DNA of 32,000 bases, from NCBI RefSeq assembly GCF_004365815.1, contig NZ_SODD01000014.1:1-32000 (forward strand). The letters are read 5' to 3'. Under the pieces are notes generated by a model. That model had not been told where the DNA came from, did not search any database, and saw only the letters and a list, made by a program, of their open reading frames with translations. Both the position numbers and the translations under genes were made by a program. This stretch comes from Breznakia blatticola. GTDB taxonomy: Bacteria; Bacillota_I; Bacilli_A; Erysipelotrichales; Erysipelotrichaceae. Positions 1-9,263 of the stretch are shown one piece after another (the first letter of the stretch is position 1; each line of letters starts with the position of its first letter).

Positions 1-104
1 TTCGGCTCCAAGTCTAGGTACTGGTTGTTGGTTATTCTTTACCAGATTGGGAGTTTCACCCAATTATATATTATGCACCGAACTGGCGCACCCTCGCTTA
101 TTCC
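1..104 (-). promoter_or_regulatory. Structured untranslated leader (candidate riboswitch/attenuator) of a gene beyond the left window edge
   Basis: About 100 nt on the minus strand downstream of an extended -10 contain no ATG or SD. Three hairpins are present: GCGCC/GGTGC (75-89), ATTGGG-tgaaact-CCCAAT (46-64) and CTGGT/ACCAG (21-45). The RNA runs off the window. Confidence 0.3.
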
Positions 105-113
105 ATTATACCA
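105..113 (-). promoter_or_regulatory. Extended -10 promoter element TGGTATAAT
   Basis: The minus strand reads TGGTATAAT (TGn + TATAAT) directly after the msrAB terminator T-run. The -35 is poor (TTAGTT). Confidence 0.4.
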
Positions 114-142
114 AAAATGGTGTACCTAACTAAAGATACACC
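113..142 (-). terminator. Weak rho-independent terminator after msrAB
   Basis: Minus-strand hairpin GGTGTA-12 nt-TACACC followed by ATTTTTGG. The stem is only 6 bp. Confidence 0.35.
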
Positions 143-149
143 GCAATTC

Positions 150-1085
150 TTATTGTTCCTTAACTAAAGAGATCAAATCTTTATATCCTGCTTCTTCCAT
201 TTTAGCTAATGGAATAAATTTCAACGCTGCACTATTGATACAAAAGCGCATGCCTCCAAGTTCCTCTGGTCCATCATTAAACACGTGACCTAAATGAGAG
301 TTTGCTTGCTTTGAACGGACTTCAATACGTTCTAAACCATGGCTTTGATCACGATGCTGTTGAATCATTTTCATATCGATTGGCTTTGAGAAACTTGGCC
401 AACCACAACCGGATTCAAACTTATCTGTAGAAACAAACAATGGTTCTCCGCTGACAATATCGACATAGATACCTGGTTCAAATGTATCATAATACTCATT
501 ATCATATGCAGGTTCTGTCGCATTTAATTGTGTCACTTCATATTGCAAAGCACTTAAACGTTTCTTTAAATCCTTTTTCATTGGATCTTTTGCACTTTTT
601 GCTTTGGCAAAATGAATCTTTCCAATATGACAATATCCAGTCGGATTCTTATCAAGATATTTTTGATGATACGCTTCGGCAGGATAATAGTTTTTTAATG
701 GTTCCACTTCAATCGCAATCGGTTTATCGTATTGTTTTTGTAGTTTCTGGATTGCATAATTAATCACTGCTGCATCTCCATCATCTGTATAGTAAATCCC
801 TGTACGGTACTGACTACCTACATCATTTCCTTGCTTATTTACACTTGTTGGATCAATTATCGCAAAATACATATCTAGTAAAAATGGTAGTGATACTACA
901 TTTTCATCATATGTGATATGTACTGTCTCTGCATGTCCGGCATCGTTGTGACAAACATCTTCATATGTCGGATTTTCTGTTTTTCCATTTGCATATCCAA
1001 CATCTGTTTGTTTAACTCCATCAATTTCTTCAAAATATTTTTCAGTACCCCAAAAGCACCCACCTGCTACATATATTTCTTTCAT
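150..1085 (-). CDS. msrAB: Bifunctional peptide-methionine sulfoxide reductase MsrA/MsrB
   Basis: The N-terminal half has the MsrA active-site motif GCFWG. The C-terminal half has the MsrB motifs GCGWPSF and RFCINS. Length is 311 aa. Confidence 0.95.
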   Translation of the reverse strand: MKEIYVAGGCFWGTEKYFEEIDGVKQTDVGYANGKTENPTYEDVCHNDAGHAETVHITYDENVVSLPFLLDMYFAIIDPTSVNKQGNDVGSQYRTGIYYTDDGDAAVINYAIQKLQKQYDKPIAIEVEPLKNYYPAEAYHQKYLDKNPTGYCHIGKIHFAKAKSAKDPMKKDLKKRLSALQYEVTQLNATEPAYDNEYYDTFEPGIYVDIVSGEPLFVSTDKFESGCGWPSFSKPIDMKMIQQHRDQSHGLERIEVRSKQANSHLGHVFNDGPEELGGMRFCINSAALKFIPLAKMEEAGYKDLISLVKEQ

Positions 1086-1091
1086 GCTATT

Positions 1092-1120
1092 ATTCTACAT
1101 CACCTTTCTCATGGAATCAA
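1092..1120 (-). promoter_or_regulatory. Candidate sigma-A promoter TTGATT-17-TAGAAT ending 6 nt before the msrAB ATG
   Basis: Hexamers read directly on the minus strand. The only SD-like AAGGTGA lies 14 nt from the ATG. Confidence 0.3.
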
Positions 1121-1184
1121 ACCACATGAAGCAAAAAAGACATGCTTCCTTTTGCTATATGTTCAATTTAATACCTTTGCTTGC

Positions 1185-1433
1185 TTAACTAAAGATTTCC
1201 GAATTATCCTCTGTTATTTCAAATGCCTCTTCAATCATTCTGGTTGCTAAAACATATGCATCTTTACGCGCTAAAGTTGAAATATATTTTACTGTTCTTT
1301 CACCTGTATCTATCTCTACAACACCTGTAGATGATTTAATTTGAACCTATCCATCTAGATCCGTCCAAACCATATAATTATTACATTGTGATGTAATTGG
1401 TTTGACTACAGCGTTATGTTTATATATAAACTT
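1185..1433 (-). pseudogene. Possible gene remnant with in-frame TAG and no usable start
   Basis: The minus frame reads ...KFIYKHNAVVKPITSQCNNYMVWTDLDG*VQIKSSTGVVEIDTGERTVKYISTLARKDAYVLATRMIEEAFEITEDNSEIFS*. The TAG is at 1347-1349. No ATG/GTG/TTG follows it, and I do not recognise the family. Confidence 0.25.
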
Positions 1434-1435
1434 AA

Positions 1436-1810
1436 TTATCGTACTCCTGTTAGAATAAAATTCATCAACTGTTCTACATCATCAAAATCATCATAATCTC
1501 CATTTATGCCGCTTCTGTGATACACAATTCCATTTTTTTCATTTCTCTCTAAACAATCCAATAGTTTTTCTTCCCCATATTTTTTAGCAAATAGAGTAAA
1601 TGTATATGGTTTAATTTTGCTTAATAATCCTTTCATGCAATTTTCTTCACATTGATAACAATGAGAAATTTCTTTTGCAATCGAACACTTTTTATTCTCA
1701 CAAAGCTCATTATCTGGACAACCATCTGAACCACAACCATTACAATCAACATTTTCTGTGCATATACAACACGCAAGACCACATCTAGCAATTCCTAATT
1801 CTCGTTTCAT
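1436..1810 (-). CDS. Cys-rich DUF3795-like protein
   Basis: Cys clusters CGLACCIC, CNGCG, CYQCEENC. GGAGG lies 6 nt upstream of the ATG at 1810, so the ORF-track TTG at 1831 is less likely. Confidence 0.7.
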   Translation of the reverse strand: MKRELGIARCGLACCICTENVDCNGCGSDGCPDNELCENKKCSIAKEISHCYQCEENCMKGLLSKIKPYTFTLFAKKYGEEKLLDCLERNEKNGIVYHRSGINGDYDDFDDVEQLMNFILTGVR

Positions 1811-1954
1811 AGAATACCTCCGTAGCTTCAAATTTATTATTTTTCATATCCACATTATACCATTCTCATAATCAGCTCTCCAATCTAATTTTAGGTGTGA
1901 AAAAGCAATCAATCATAAAGACTAACTGCTTTGTGAGTATGGATATGAAATCGT

Positions 1955-1980
1955 GAAAAAAAAGGAAGACGCGCTTCCTT
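1955..1980 (-). terminator. Rho-independent terminator after glgP
   Basis: Minus strand reads AAGGAAG-cgcgt-CTTCCTT followed by a T8 run, immediately after the glgP stop at 1982. Confidence 0.75.
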
Positions 1981-1981
1981 T

Positions 1982-4381
1982 CTAGTATGTTTCAATATGC
2001 CAAATATCATTTGCATATTCTTTAATTGTACGATCACTTGAGAAGTAACCAGAATTTGCGATATTCACAAGACACATTTTTGCCCATGCACTACGATTTG
2101 CATAACGAGTATCAATGTTTCTTTGTGCTTCATGGTAACTCCAGAAATCTTTTAAGACAAGGTATTCATCATTCTTGTTGAGTACTTCATCATAGATTTC
2201 ACGGTATGTAGATCCATTATCAAAGTAATTTACATCAAGTAATTGTTCCATCACTTTTTTAATACTTGGATCATTGTGGTAAATTTGCCATACATCATAT
2301 GAATGTTCAAATTTTAAGTGATTTACTTCTTCTGAAGTTAAACCAAAGATTTCTGCATATTCACGACCTACGCGTTCCACAATTTCCACATTCGCTCCAT
2401 CCATTGTTCCTAATGTAATGGCTCCATTCATCATGAACTTCATGTTTCCGGTCCCACTTGCTTCTTTACCAGCAGTTGAGATTTGCTCACTTACATCTGC
2501 AGCATTCATTAAGATTTCTGCAATACTAACACCGTAGTTAGGAATGAAGACAACTTTCATGTAACGTGATACATCTGGATCGTTGTTTACTTTTTGTGCT
2601 AAGTTATTGATTAACTCAATTACCTTTTTGGCAAACACATATGACGGTGCTGCTTTAGCCGCAAAAATAAAGGTACGTGGATACATTGTGAAGTCTTTAT
2701 CTTCTTTAAGTTTATTGTATAAATGCATAATGTGTAACACATTCATCAATTGACGTTTATATGCGTGTAGACGTTTAGCTTGTACATCAAAAATAGAATT
2801 AACATCTACTTCAACATTGCACACATCTTTAATGTATTTTGCAAGAATCTCTTTACGACGTTTTTTCACACGCAAGAAGTTTTCTTGTACATCTGCATCA
2901 TCAACGTATGCATTTAGTTTAGTTAGATCACTTGGTTGTAATTTCCAAGTTGTTCCTATCGTTTCATCTAATAGATGTGTTAGTTCCGGGTTTGAATACA
3001 TCAACCAACGACGGTGCGTAATCCCATTTGTTTTATTGTTGAACTTTTCTGGGAATACTTGATAGAAATCACGGAACACATCTTCAATCAAAATCTTTGA
3101 GTGAAGTGCTGCAACTCCATTCACACTCATCGACCCGACGATTGCTAAGTTTGCCATATGCACTTGTCCATCTCTCAAAATACGACATGCTTGTACCAAT
3201 TCTGGATGTGAATGTGTATGTGATAAATCATACATCCAACGACGATCGATTTCTTCAATAATCATATACACTCTTGGTAATAATTGACGAATGTATTCCA
3301 TAGGCCAGCGTTCCAATGCTTCACTTAATACCGTGTGGTTTGTATATGCCATCGTTTTTGTGACAATATTCCAAGCATCCACCCATTCATATTGATAATC
3401 ATCAAGTAATAAGCGCATCAATTCTGGAATAGCTAGCACTGGATGTGTGTCGTTTAATTGAATTGCCACATGTTCAGGTAAGCTATCTAAGTTTGGATGA
3501 TTTTTTAAATGATTACGAATAATCGTATGCAATCCTGCACTCACGAAAAAGTATTGTTGCGTTAGACGTAACATCTTTCCTTCTTGTGTTGAATCATCTG
3601 GATATAGTGAGTTACAAATCGCACGTACTTGTTGAATGTAATCCTCATGTCCTTGTACCAATGATTCTTCAGCAGGTTCTGCAGACCATAAACGAAGCGT
3701 ATTGGTTAATTTTGTATCATAACCAACAATCGGCACATCATATGGTACAGCATTCACCACAAATGGATCTTCTAGTTCTACACTGACTTTCCCATTTTCG
3801 TTAATGCTTTGACGTACCGTTCCACCATAACAAACTTTAACTGTATGTTTTGGTTTTTTGATTTCCCAAACATTACGAAGTTTCAACCATAGATCAGGAA
3901 CTTCTACTTGTTTATTATCGTTAATCAATTGTTTAAAGAATCCATACTCATAACGAATACAGTTTCCATGTCCAATATAATGTGTGGATGCAATAGAATC
4001 TAGAAAACAAGCAGCAAGTCGTCCAAGACCACCATTTCCTAACCCTGCATCACTTTCTAGTTCTTCAAGCATATTGATATCAATTCCATATGCTTCCAGT
4101 CCATCTTTAACCGCATCATAAATACCTAAGTTCATTAAGTTACTTGTAAATAAACGTCCCATCAAAAATTCCATCGAGAAGTAATATACTTCTTTTTTTT
4201 GATACATGCGGTTGGCTTCTTTACTTTCCTTCCAGGAAATACTTATATATTCTCGAATCACTTCACCAAGTACTAAATATTTCTCTGTGATATGTGCTTC
4301 TTCTACACTCACTCCGTAGAGTTCCACCATTTTATTGGCATACTCTTCCATGAATGTATCTTTTGTAAAATCTAAAATCAT
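1982..4381 (-). CDS. glgP: Glycogen/alpha-glucan phosphorylase
   Basis: 800 aa with the PLP-site motif EASGTGNMKFMMNG. I chose the start at ATG 4381 (MILDFTKD...), just after the glgB stop at 4407, rather than the ORF-track start at 4483 that overlaps glgB. Confidence 0.95.
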   Translation of the reverse strand: MILDFTKDTFMEEYANKMVELYGVSVEEAHITEKYLVLGEVIREYISISWKESKEANRMYQKKEVYYFSMEFLMGRLFTSNLMNLGIYDAVKDGLEAYGIDINMLEELESDAGLGNGGLGRLAACFLDSIASTHYIGHGNCIRYEYGFFKQLINDNKQVEVPDLWLKLRNVWEIKKPKHTVKVCYGGTVRQSINENGKVSVELEDPFVVNAVPYDVPIVGYDTKLTNTLRLWSAEPAEESLVQGHEDYIQQVRAICNSLYPDDSTQEGKMLRLTQQYFFVSAGLHTIIRNHLKNHPNLDSLPEHVAIQLNDTHPVLAIPELMRLLLDDYQYEWVDAWNIVTKTMAYTNHTVLSEALERWPMEYIRQLLPRVYMIIEEIDRRWMYDLSHTHSHPELVQACRILRDGQVHMANLAIVGSMSVNGVAALHSKILIEDVFRDFYQVFPEKFNNKTNGITHRRWLMYSNPELTHLLDETIGTTWKLQPSDLTKLNAYVDDADVQENFLRVKKRRKEILAKYIKDVCNVEVDVNSIFDVQAKRLHAYKRQLMNVLHIMHLYNKLKEDKDFTMYPRTFIFAAKAAPSYVFAKKVIELINNLAQKVNNDPDVSRYMKVVFIPNYGVSIAEILMNAADVSEQISTAGKEASGTGNMKFMMNGAITLGTMDGANVEIVERVGREYAEIFGLTSEEVNHLKFEHSYDVWQIYHNDPSIKKVMEQLLDVNYFDNGSTYREIYDEVLNKNDEYLVLKDFWSYHEAQRNIDTRYANRSAWAKMCLVNIANSGYFSSDRTIKEYANDIWHIETY

Positions 4382-4406
4382 ACTATCCCACTTTCTAATC
4401 TTTTGT

Positions 4407-6263
4407 TTATTCGATAAAATCTTTTGCGCTTTTTTGTGGCTTATGTTTATGACGTAAAATAATTCCACTAAATGGTGCGACATCCATTGTTATGTAATAT
4501 GGCTTGTAATCAACAAACCCTTTCTTTGCGCGTAAGGCTTTGGCATTCACAATACCAACTCCAGAATAAATATCCTTTTGGCTATTTAATATTTCGCTAT
4601 ACACCCCTGCTTCATGTACACCAAATTGATGTGCACGATACGTATTTGCAGACATATTTAGTATGACGATAATTGTTTCATTTGTCCCTTTACGCATATA
4701 CGAATATAAATTCTCATTTGCATTATCTGCATCAATCCATTCAAAGCTTTCATAGTTATAATCATCTTCCCAAAGTGCAGCTTCTTTTAGATAAAGCTTC
4801 TGCAAATCTTTGATGAATTTTTGGAACGAATCATGCATTGGATAATCTAGTAAGAACCAATCGTTTTCTTGATGTTCATCAAATTCACGCATGTGTCCAA
4901 TTTCATTACCCATGAAGTTTAATTTCTTCCCTGGGTGCGTAAACATGTAGGTATATAACATTCTTGCTTGCGCAAACTTGTCTTCATATAATCCCCACAT
5001 CTTTTGCACAATCGTCGCTTTTCCATGAACAACTTCATCATGTGAAAACGGTAAAATGAAATTCTCGCTATAGAAATACGCCATTGAAAACGTAATCTTA
5101 TTGTGTTCATATTGACGATAAATTGGATCTGCTTTTAAATAATTCAAGGTATCATTCATCCAACCCAAGTCCCATTTGTAGTCAAAACCAAGACCATTTT
5201 GTTCAATCGGTTTTGTGACATTTGGATAGTCACTTGAATCTTCAGCAATCAACATGACATCATTAAAGTTTTTATGCAATAAATAATTCATGCGACGAAT
5301 AAAGGTTAATGCACCTTCATTTACTCCACGATCTTTATTTCCTTGCCAGAATATGACGTTACTGATGGCATCCATACGAAGACCATCCCCATGAATTTCT
5401 TTTATCCAGTATGCAGCTGCACTCATTAGAAATGAGCGTACTTCTTCTTTGTGTAAATCAAAGTTTGCTGTACCCCATTCACTAACGGCAATGCTTTCAT
5501 CTTGATATTCAAATACATTGGTTCCATCAAATTTACGTAATGCATAATTATCCATCACGAAATGAACAGGCACAAAATCAAAAATGACTCCAATATTATG
5601 TGTATGTAACTCGTTGATTAAGTATTTTAAATCTTCAAGTGTTCCATAGCGTGAATTTGCCGCAAAGTAACCTGAAGTTTGATATCCCCAACTTCCATCA
5701 AATGGATACTCACTTAATGGCATGAATTCAATATGTGTATAGTGCATCTTTTTTACGTAACGAATTAACTCTTTTGCGATTTTACGGTAATTTACACCAC
5801 CGTTTTTATCAAACTTCCATGCACCTAAATAAATTTCATATATATTCATCGGTTGATGGAAATTACGTGTTCTTTTTTCCATCCACTCATCATCTGTCCA
5901 TGTAAAGTTTGTATTCGCAATCACAGATGCGGTTTCTGGACGAACCTCACTATAAAAAGCAAATGGATCCATTTTATCAATTACTTCACCATGTGCTTGT
6001 GTAATTCGATACTTATATGACATTCCTGCTTTTATGTCAGCTACAAATAATGAATACACCCCACGATCATCAACTTTTGGCATTTCATAACCTTCACCAT
6101 TCCAGTTATTAAACTGACCAATGACTTGCACATTTAGTGCGTGTGGTGCATATACACTGAAGCGTACACCTTGTGTTTGTTCGAAGCACATATGTGCCCC
6201 AAAACTATCATATGCATTAATGGATTGTCCCTCAAAAAAAGCGTTTATTGTTCTTTGTTTCAT
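4407..6263 (-). CDS. glgB: 1,4-alpha-glucan branching enzyme
   Basis: GH13 conserved regions DFVPVHF, GLRMDAISN, LIAEDS, PFSHDEV. SD GGAGA lies 8 nt upstream of the ATG. Confidence 0.95.
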   Translation of the reverse strand: MKQRTINAFFEGQSINAYDSFGAHMCFEQTQGVRFSVYAPHALNVQVIGQFNNWNGEGYEMPKVDDRGVYSLFVADIKAGMSYKYRITQAHGEVIDKMDPFAFYSEVRPETASVIANTNFTWTDDEWMEKRTRNFHQPMNIYEIYLGAWKFDKNGGVNYRKIAKELIRYVKKMHYTHIEFMPLSEYPFDGSWGYQTSGYFAANSRYGTLEDLKYLINELHTHNIGVIFDFVPVHFVMDNYALRKFDGTNVFEYQDESIAVSEWGTANFDLHKEEVRSFLMSAAAYWIKEIHGDGLRMDAISNVIFWQGNKDRGVNEGALTFIRRMNYLLHKNFNDVMLIAEDSSDYPNVTKPIEQNGLGFDYKWDLGWMNDTLNYLKADPIYRQYEHNKITFSMAYFYSENFILPFSHDEVVHGKATIVQKMWGLYEDKFAQARMLYTYMFTHPGKKLNFMGNEIGHMREFDEHQENDWFLLDYPMHDSFQKFIKDLQKLYLKEAALWEDDYNYESFEWIDADNANENLYSYMRKGTNETIIVILNMSANTYRAHQFGVHEAGVYSEILNSQKDIYSGVGIVNAKALRAKKGFVDYKPYYITMDVAPFSGIILRHKHKPQKSAKDFIE

Positions 6264-6422
6264 ACCATATTCTCCTACTTCATATTTTACATGGAATATG
6301 GTTCACTTACAACTCTAAGACAGGACATATCCTTAGATTTGTTGCTTACAGCAAGCCATAAATCAACCAATACTACCTCTAACATTATAGGCAATACAAT
6401 CCTGCCATGATACAATACCTCC

Positions 6423-6752
6423 ATGAAAGATATTCTATTTTGTATCATGCTAATCATGCTATACCAAACAATTTATGGCTTACTTGTTTTCGGTTGTATC
6501 TATCTTGCTAGTTTTATACATCCAGCCACTAAAACCATTGATGATTTTTTAGCACGCTATTTCACCAAACAAAATGTAGGAAAACTACTTTCTTTATGCA
6601 TTCTTATTGAATGTATTTTGCTTGTGCTTCTTTATATGCTACTTTCCTATATGCACATACGCTATATACAAATTAGCCTCATCATATTAATGATTCTTGC
6701 TTGCTTTAAATATATCGCAATGGTCCATTACATAAAAAGAGATAGGAGTTAA
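6423..6752 (+). CDS. Hypothetical small multi-pass membrane protein
   Basis: 109-codon ORF, long for an AT-rich sequence, with 3-4 hydrophobic segments and no competing gene on the other strand. There is no clear SD. Confidence 0.45.
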   Translation: MKDILFCIMLIMLYQTIYGLLVFGCIYLASFIHPATKTIDDFLARYFTKQNVGKLLSLCILIECILLVLLYMLLSYMHIRYIQISLIILMILACFKYIAMVHYIKRDRS

Positions 6753-6961
6753 TTTCCTATCAAAAAGTCTAGTATATTCCAACCATCACTTGTTTGTCCT
6801 TTGAATAATTCCGTGTATCCACACTTCGTACAAGAAACTGTAATAAACTTCTTGTTTTGGACATCGAAAATTTTCGCAAAGTTCCCACCGGTTGCTTGAA
6901 ACTGATCACTTTCATATTGCGTGTTCCCACATTTTGGACACACATATTGTTTTTGTTCCAT
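6749..6961 (-). CDS. Zn-ribbon protein (DUF2082/COG3478-like)
   Basis: 70 aa with two CxxC pairs (CPKCG ... CTKCG). GGAGGG SD. Confidence 0.75.
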   Translation of the reverse strand: MEQKQYVCPKCGNTQYESDQFQATGGNFAKIFDVQNKKFITVSCTKCGYTELFKGQTSDGWNILDFLIGN

Positions 6962-7030
6962 AGAGCCCTCCTGTTTGCACTATCATACCATAAATCATAA
7001 AAGATTATTTGCTAATGAACTATAAAACCA

Positions 7031-7426
7031 TTATTTGATGTAGGCAACTAAATCTGCCATAAACTGTTTTTGCGTTTTCATTAGAAAGGATTTTACAAAT
7101 GGTTTCATATACCATTTCTTTGGTGTGATATCTTCTGTGAATTCTAACTCGGTATGACTACGTTTGTCTTTTAATAGACCTACCCAGTGTCCCTGAATCA
7201 TTTTATTATCAATATCAAATTCCCAGCGTGTGCATGCATCTTTAACACGTACAGTAAACGTAGTTGCTATACCACCTTTTGCATATTCAATAAATACTTG
7301 ATCACTTACTACTTCTACTTTTTCTACATCACTACGCCATGTAGGGTACATGTCTACTGCAAGTAAGATATCCCATACATCTTTACAATCACATGAAACA
7401 GTTTGCTTTATACTTACTTTTGCCAT
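7031..7426 (-). CDS. SRPBCC (START/polyketide-cyclase-like) family protein
   Basis: 131 aa with only family-level resemblance (N-terminal ...VW..L.D...YP.W...). Starts 7 nt after the stop of the GNAT remnant. Confidence 0.55.
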   Translation of the reverse strand: MAKVSIKQTVSCDCKDVWDILLAVDMYPTWRSDVEKVEVVSDQVFIEYAKGGIATTFTVRVKDACTRWEFDIDNKMIQGHWVGLLKDKRSHTELEFTEDITPKKWYMKPFVKSFLMKTQKQFMADLVAYIK

Positions 7427-7432
7427 TGTTTT

Positions 7433-7588
7433 CTAATTCTCACTTTCTTGTTTCTTAAGTTCTTTCCACTCATCTTCTAGTATTGACATCAAAATATCAT
7501 CTGCATACGTTTTACCATCGAAAATGGCATCGCGTAAGACACCTTCTTTTTTAAACCCTGCTTTTGTGTATGCTTTGTATGCGCGTGT
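7433..7588 (-). pseudogene. GNAT N-acetyltransferase, C-terminal fragment (51 codons) separated by the IS insertion
   Basis: Reads TRAYKAYTKAGFKKEGVLRDAIFDGKTYADDILMSILEDEWKELKKQESEN*, the typical GNAT/RimJ-like C-terminus (N..A...Y.K.GF..EG). Confidence 0.85.
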
Positions 7589-7760
7589 AGTGAACTACCC
7601 CCACTTAATCTGACGATTTGAAGTGTGAGCTTCGTGGAAACAGAGTGTACTTGATATTGTATCAGCGGTTGCTCCTATATACCCCACAGGTCTGTTCCTA
7701 GACCTTATTGTGTTTTATTCAATTATATAGCTAGTCCATGTTGATGGATATTGATTGCTG
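7589..7760 (-). ncRNA. Probable TnpB omega-RNA (reRNA) scaffold spanning the tnpB 3' end and RE
   Basis: Position follows what is known for TnpB elements. Hairpin GGTCT-6 nt-AGACC (7689-7704) sits after the tnpB stop, followed by the RE hairpin. The extent is a guess. Confidence 0.4.
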
Positions 7761-8850
7761 CATTGATATCACGGTCATGATAACTATGACAACTACTGCA
7801 CTCCCATTCTCTTATGTGGAGCGCTTTTTTTGATTCCTTACTCCCACAAACATGACATATCTGTGTAGATGGATAGTATGGCTCGACTTCTTTGATTGAC
7901 TTTCCATACCATTCTGCTTTGTACTTTAGTAACGTAAGAAATTTTGTCCAACCTGCATCTGTGATTGCTTGTGCTAAATGACTTTCTAACATCTTCTTTA
8001 CACTTAGTTTTTCAACACAAATTACATCGTGGTTTTTGATGAGATAGGTTGATAACTTATGTAAAAAATCATGACGTCGATTGTAAATGCGTTTATGCAA
8101 TCGAGCAATGGTTATTTTTAACTTTTGATAATTCTTAGCATCTTCTAATTTAATACCTTTGGCTTTTGCGATTTCAGCTTTTCGACTTAGCTTGCGTTGT
8201 AGTTTCTGTAGTCGTTGCATATCTTTTTTTAAATACTTTGGATTTTCAATCTTGGTACCATCAGAAAGAACAACGTAGTGATGTATACCCATATCAATAC
8301 CTATGCTACTATTTGTTTTTGCAAATGCCTCTACTTCTGTTTCACATAGGATGGCTACATAATAGGCACCAGTTGCATCTTGACTAACTGTTGCACTTTT
8401 TATCTTTCCTGTATGTTCACGATGATAGTCCATCGAAACTACACCAATCTTTGGTAGTTTGATTCCTTGTTTATCAATGATGGAAATCGTCCCATTTTGA
8501 TTATTTGTCGTATAACTGTTTCGATCACGATTCTTACTTTTGAACTTTGGATAGCCTACACTCTTTGAATCACGATAGAAATTTGTAAACGCACGACGTA
8601 GATGCATTTGTTCATTAGCTAGTGCCAAACTATCCACTTCTTTTAGGTAAGGATAATCTTTCTTATACATTGCTGGTGTTGTTTCTTTTATTGGCGTAGC
8701 ATCTTCTTGGTACTGCTTGTAACTATTGATTCGATCATCTAACATCAAATTCCATATCTTACGAGCACAACCAAAAGTCTTTGCAAACATTTCTTTTTGC
8801 AAGTCATTTGGATAGATACGATATACGAATGCTTTTTTCACTTGTTTCAT
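7723..8850 (-). CDS. tnpB: IS605-family TnpB (OrfB) RNA-guided endonuclease
   Basis: 375 aa. RuvC-like residues lie in GIDMGI, VCVEKL and HDRDINAAINI. Zn finger CHVCG...CSSCH. The N-terminus AFVYRIYPN is typical of OrfB_IS605. Confidence 0.9.
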   Translation of the reverse strand: MKQVKKAFVYRIYPNDLQKEMFAKTFGCARKIWNLMLDDRINSYKQYQEDATPIKETTPAMYKKDYPYLKEVDSLALANEQMHLRRAFTNFYRDSKSVGYPKFKSKNRDRNSYTTNNQNGTISIIDKQGIKLPKIGVVSMDYHREHTGKIKSATVSQDATGAYYVAILCETEVEAFAKTNSSIGIDMGIHHYVVLSDGTKIENPKYLKKDMQRLQKLQRKLSRKAEIAKAKGIKLEDAKNYQKLKITIARLHKRIYNRRHDFLHKLSTYLIKNHDVICVEKLSVKKMLESHLAQAITDAGWTKFLTLLKYKAEWYGKSIKEVEPYYPSTQICHVCGSKESKKALHIREWECSSCHSYHDRDINAAINIHQHGLAI

Positions 8851-8861
8851 AGGTAGATGAC

Positions 8862-9263
8862 TTATGCTTCTCCTTGTTTTTCAATATACTTCTTTATTGT
8901 GTCAATTGTGACACCACCAGTCGTTAGTAAGCAAAATGTTTTTGACCAAAACATTTCCTTCCATAGTTTGTCTTTGATTTCTGGGTGTTCTTTCTTTACC
9001 AAACGGGAACTAGCAGATTTATATGCATTTAGAAACTTAGAAAGTTCACTGTTGGGATGTGCTTTAAACAGAATATGCACATGATCTGCTTCAAAGTTGA
9101 ATTCTTGCAACTTGATATGGTAGTTTTTAGCAATTCGAATAAAGTGGTTCTCTAATTCCTTAGCGATAGTTTCATCGATTACTTCTCTACGGTACATAGT
9201 TGTAAGAATTAGATGGTAATATAGTGCGAACACCGAATGATTATTATTATCTAGTTTTATCAT
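8862..9263 (-). CDS. tnpA: IS200/IS605 Y1 (HUH) transposase TnpA
   Basis: 133 aa with HUH motif DHVHIL and the C-terminal Tyr region TIKKYIEKQ. An upstream TGGTATAAT and a GAGG SD lie inside LE. Confidence 0.9.
   Translation of the reverse strand: MIKLDNNNHSVFALYYHLILTTMYRREVIDETIAKELENHFIRIAKNYHIKLQEFNFEADHVHILFKAHPNSELSKFLNAYKSASSRLVKKEHPEIKDKLWKEMFWSKTFCLLTTGGVTIDTIKKYIEKQGEA

Noticed and set aside
1-113. Assigning the left-edge leader to the T-box, TPP or cobalamin classes
   Set aside because: A GGUGAAA loop is present, but several required elements are absent. There is no AGAGA/AGUA specifier-loop element or T-box sequence, no CUGAGA (TPP), and no AGGGAA...GCCACUG (B12). Only a partial FMN-like resemblance remains, and I report that as unresolved.
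4382-4483. N-terminal 34-codon extension of the glgP ORF given in the ORF track
   Set aside because: It overlaps the 3' end of glgB. An ATG at 4381 gives the conserved phosphorylase N-terminus directly after the glgB stop.
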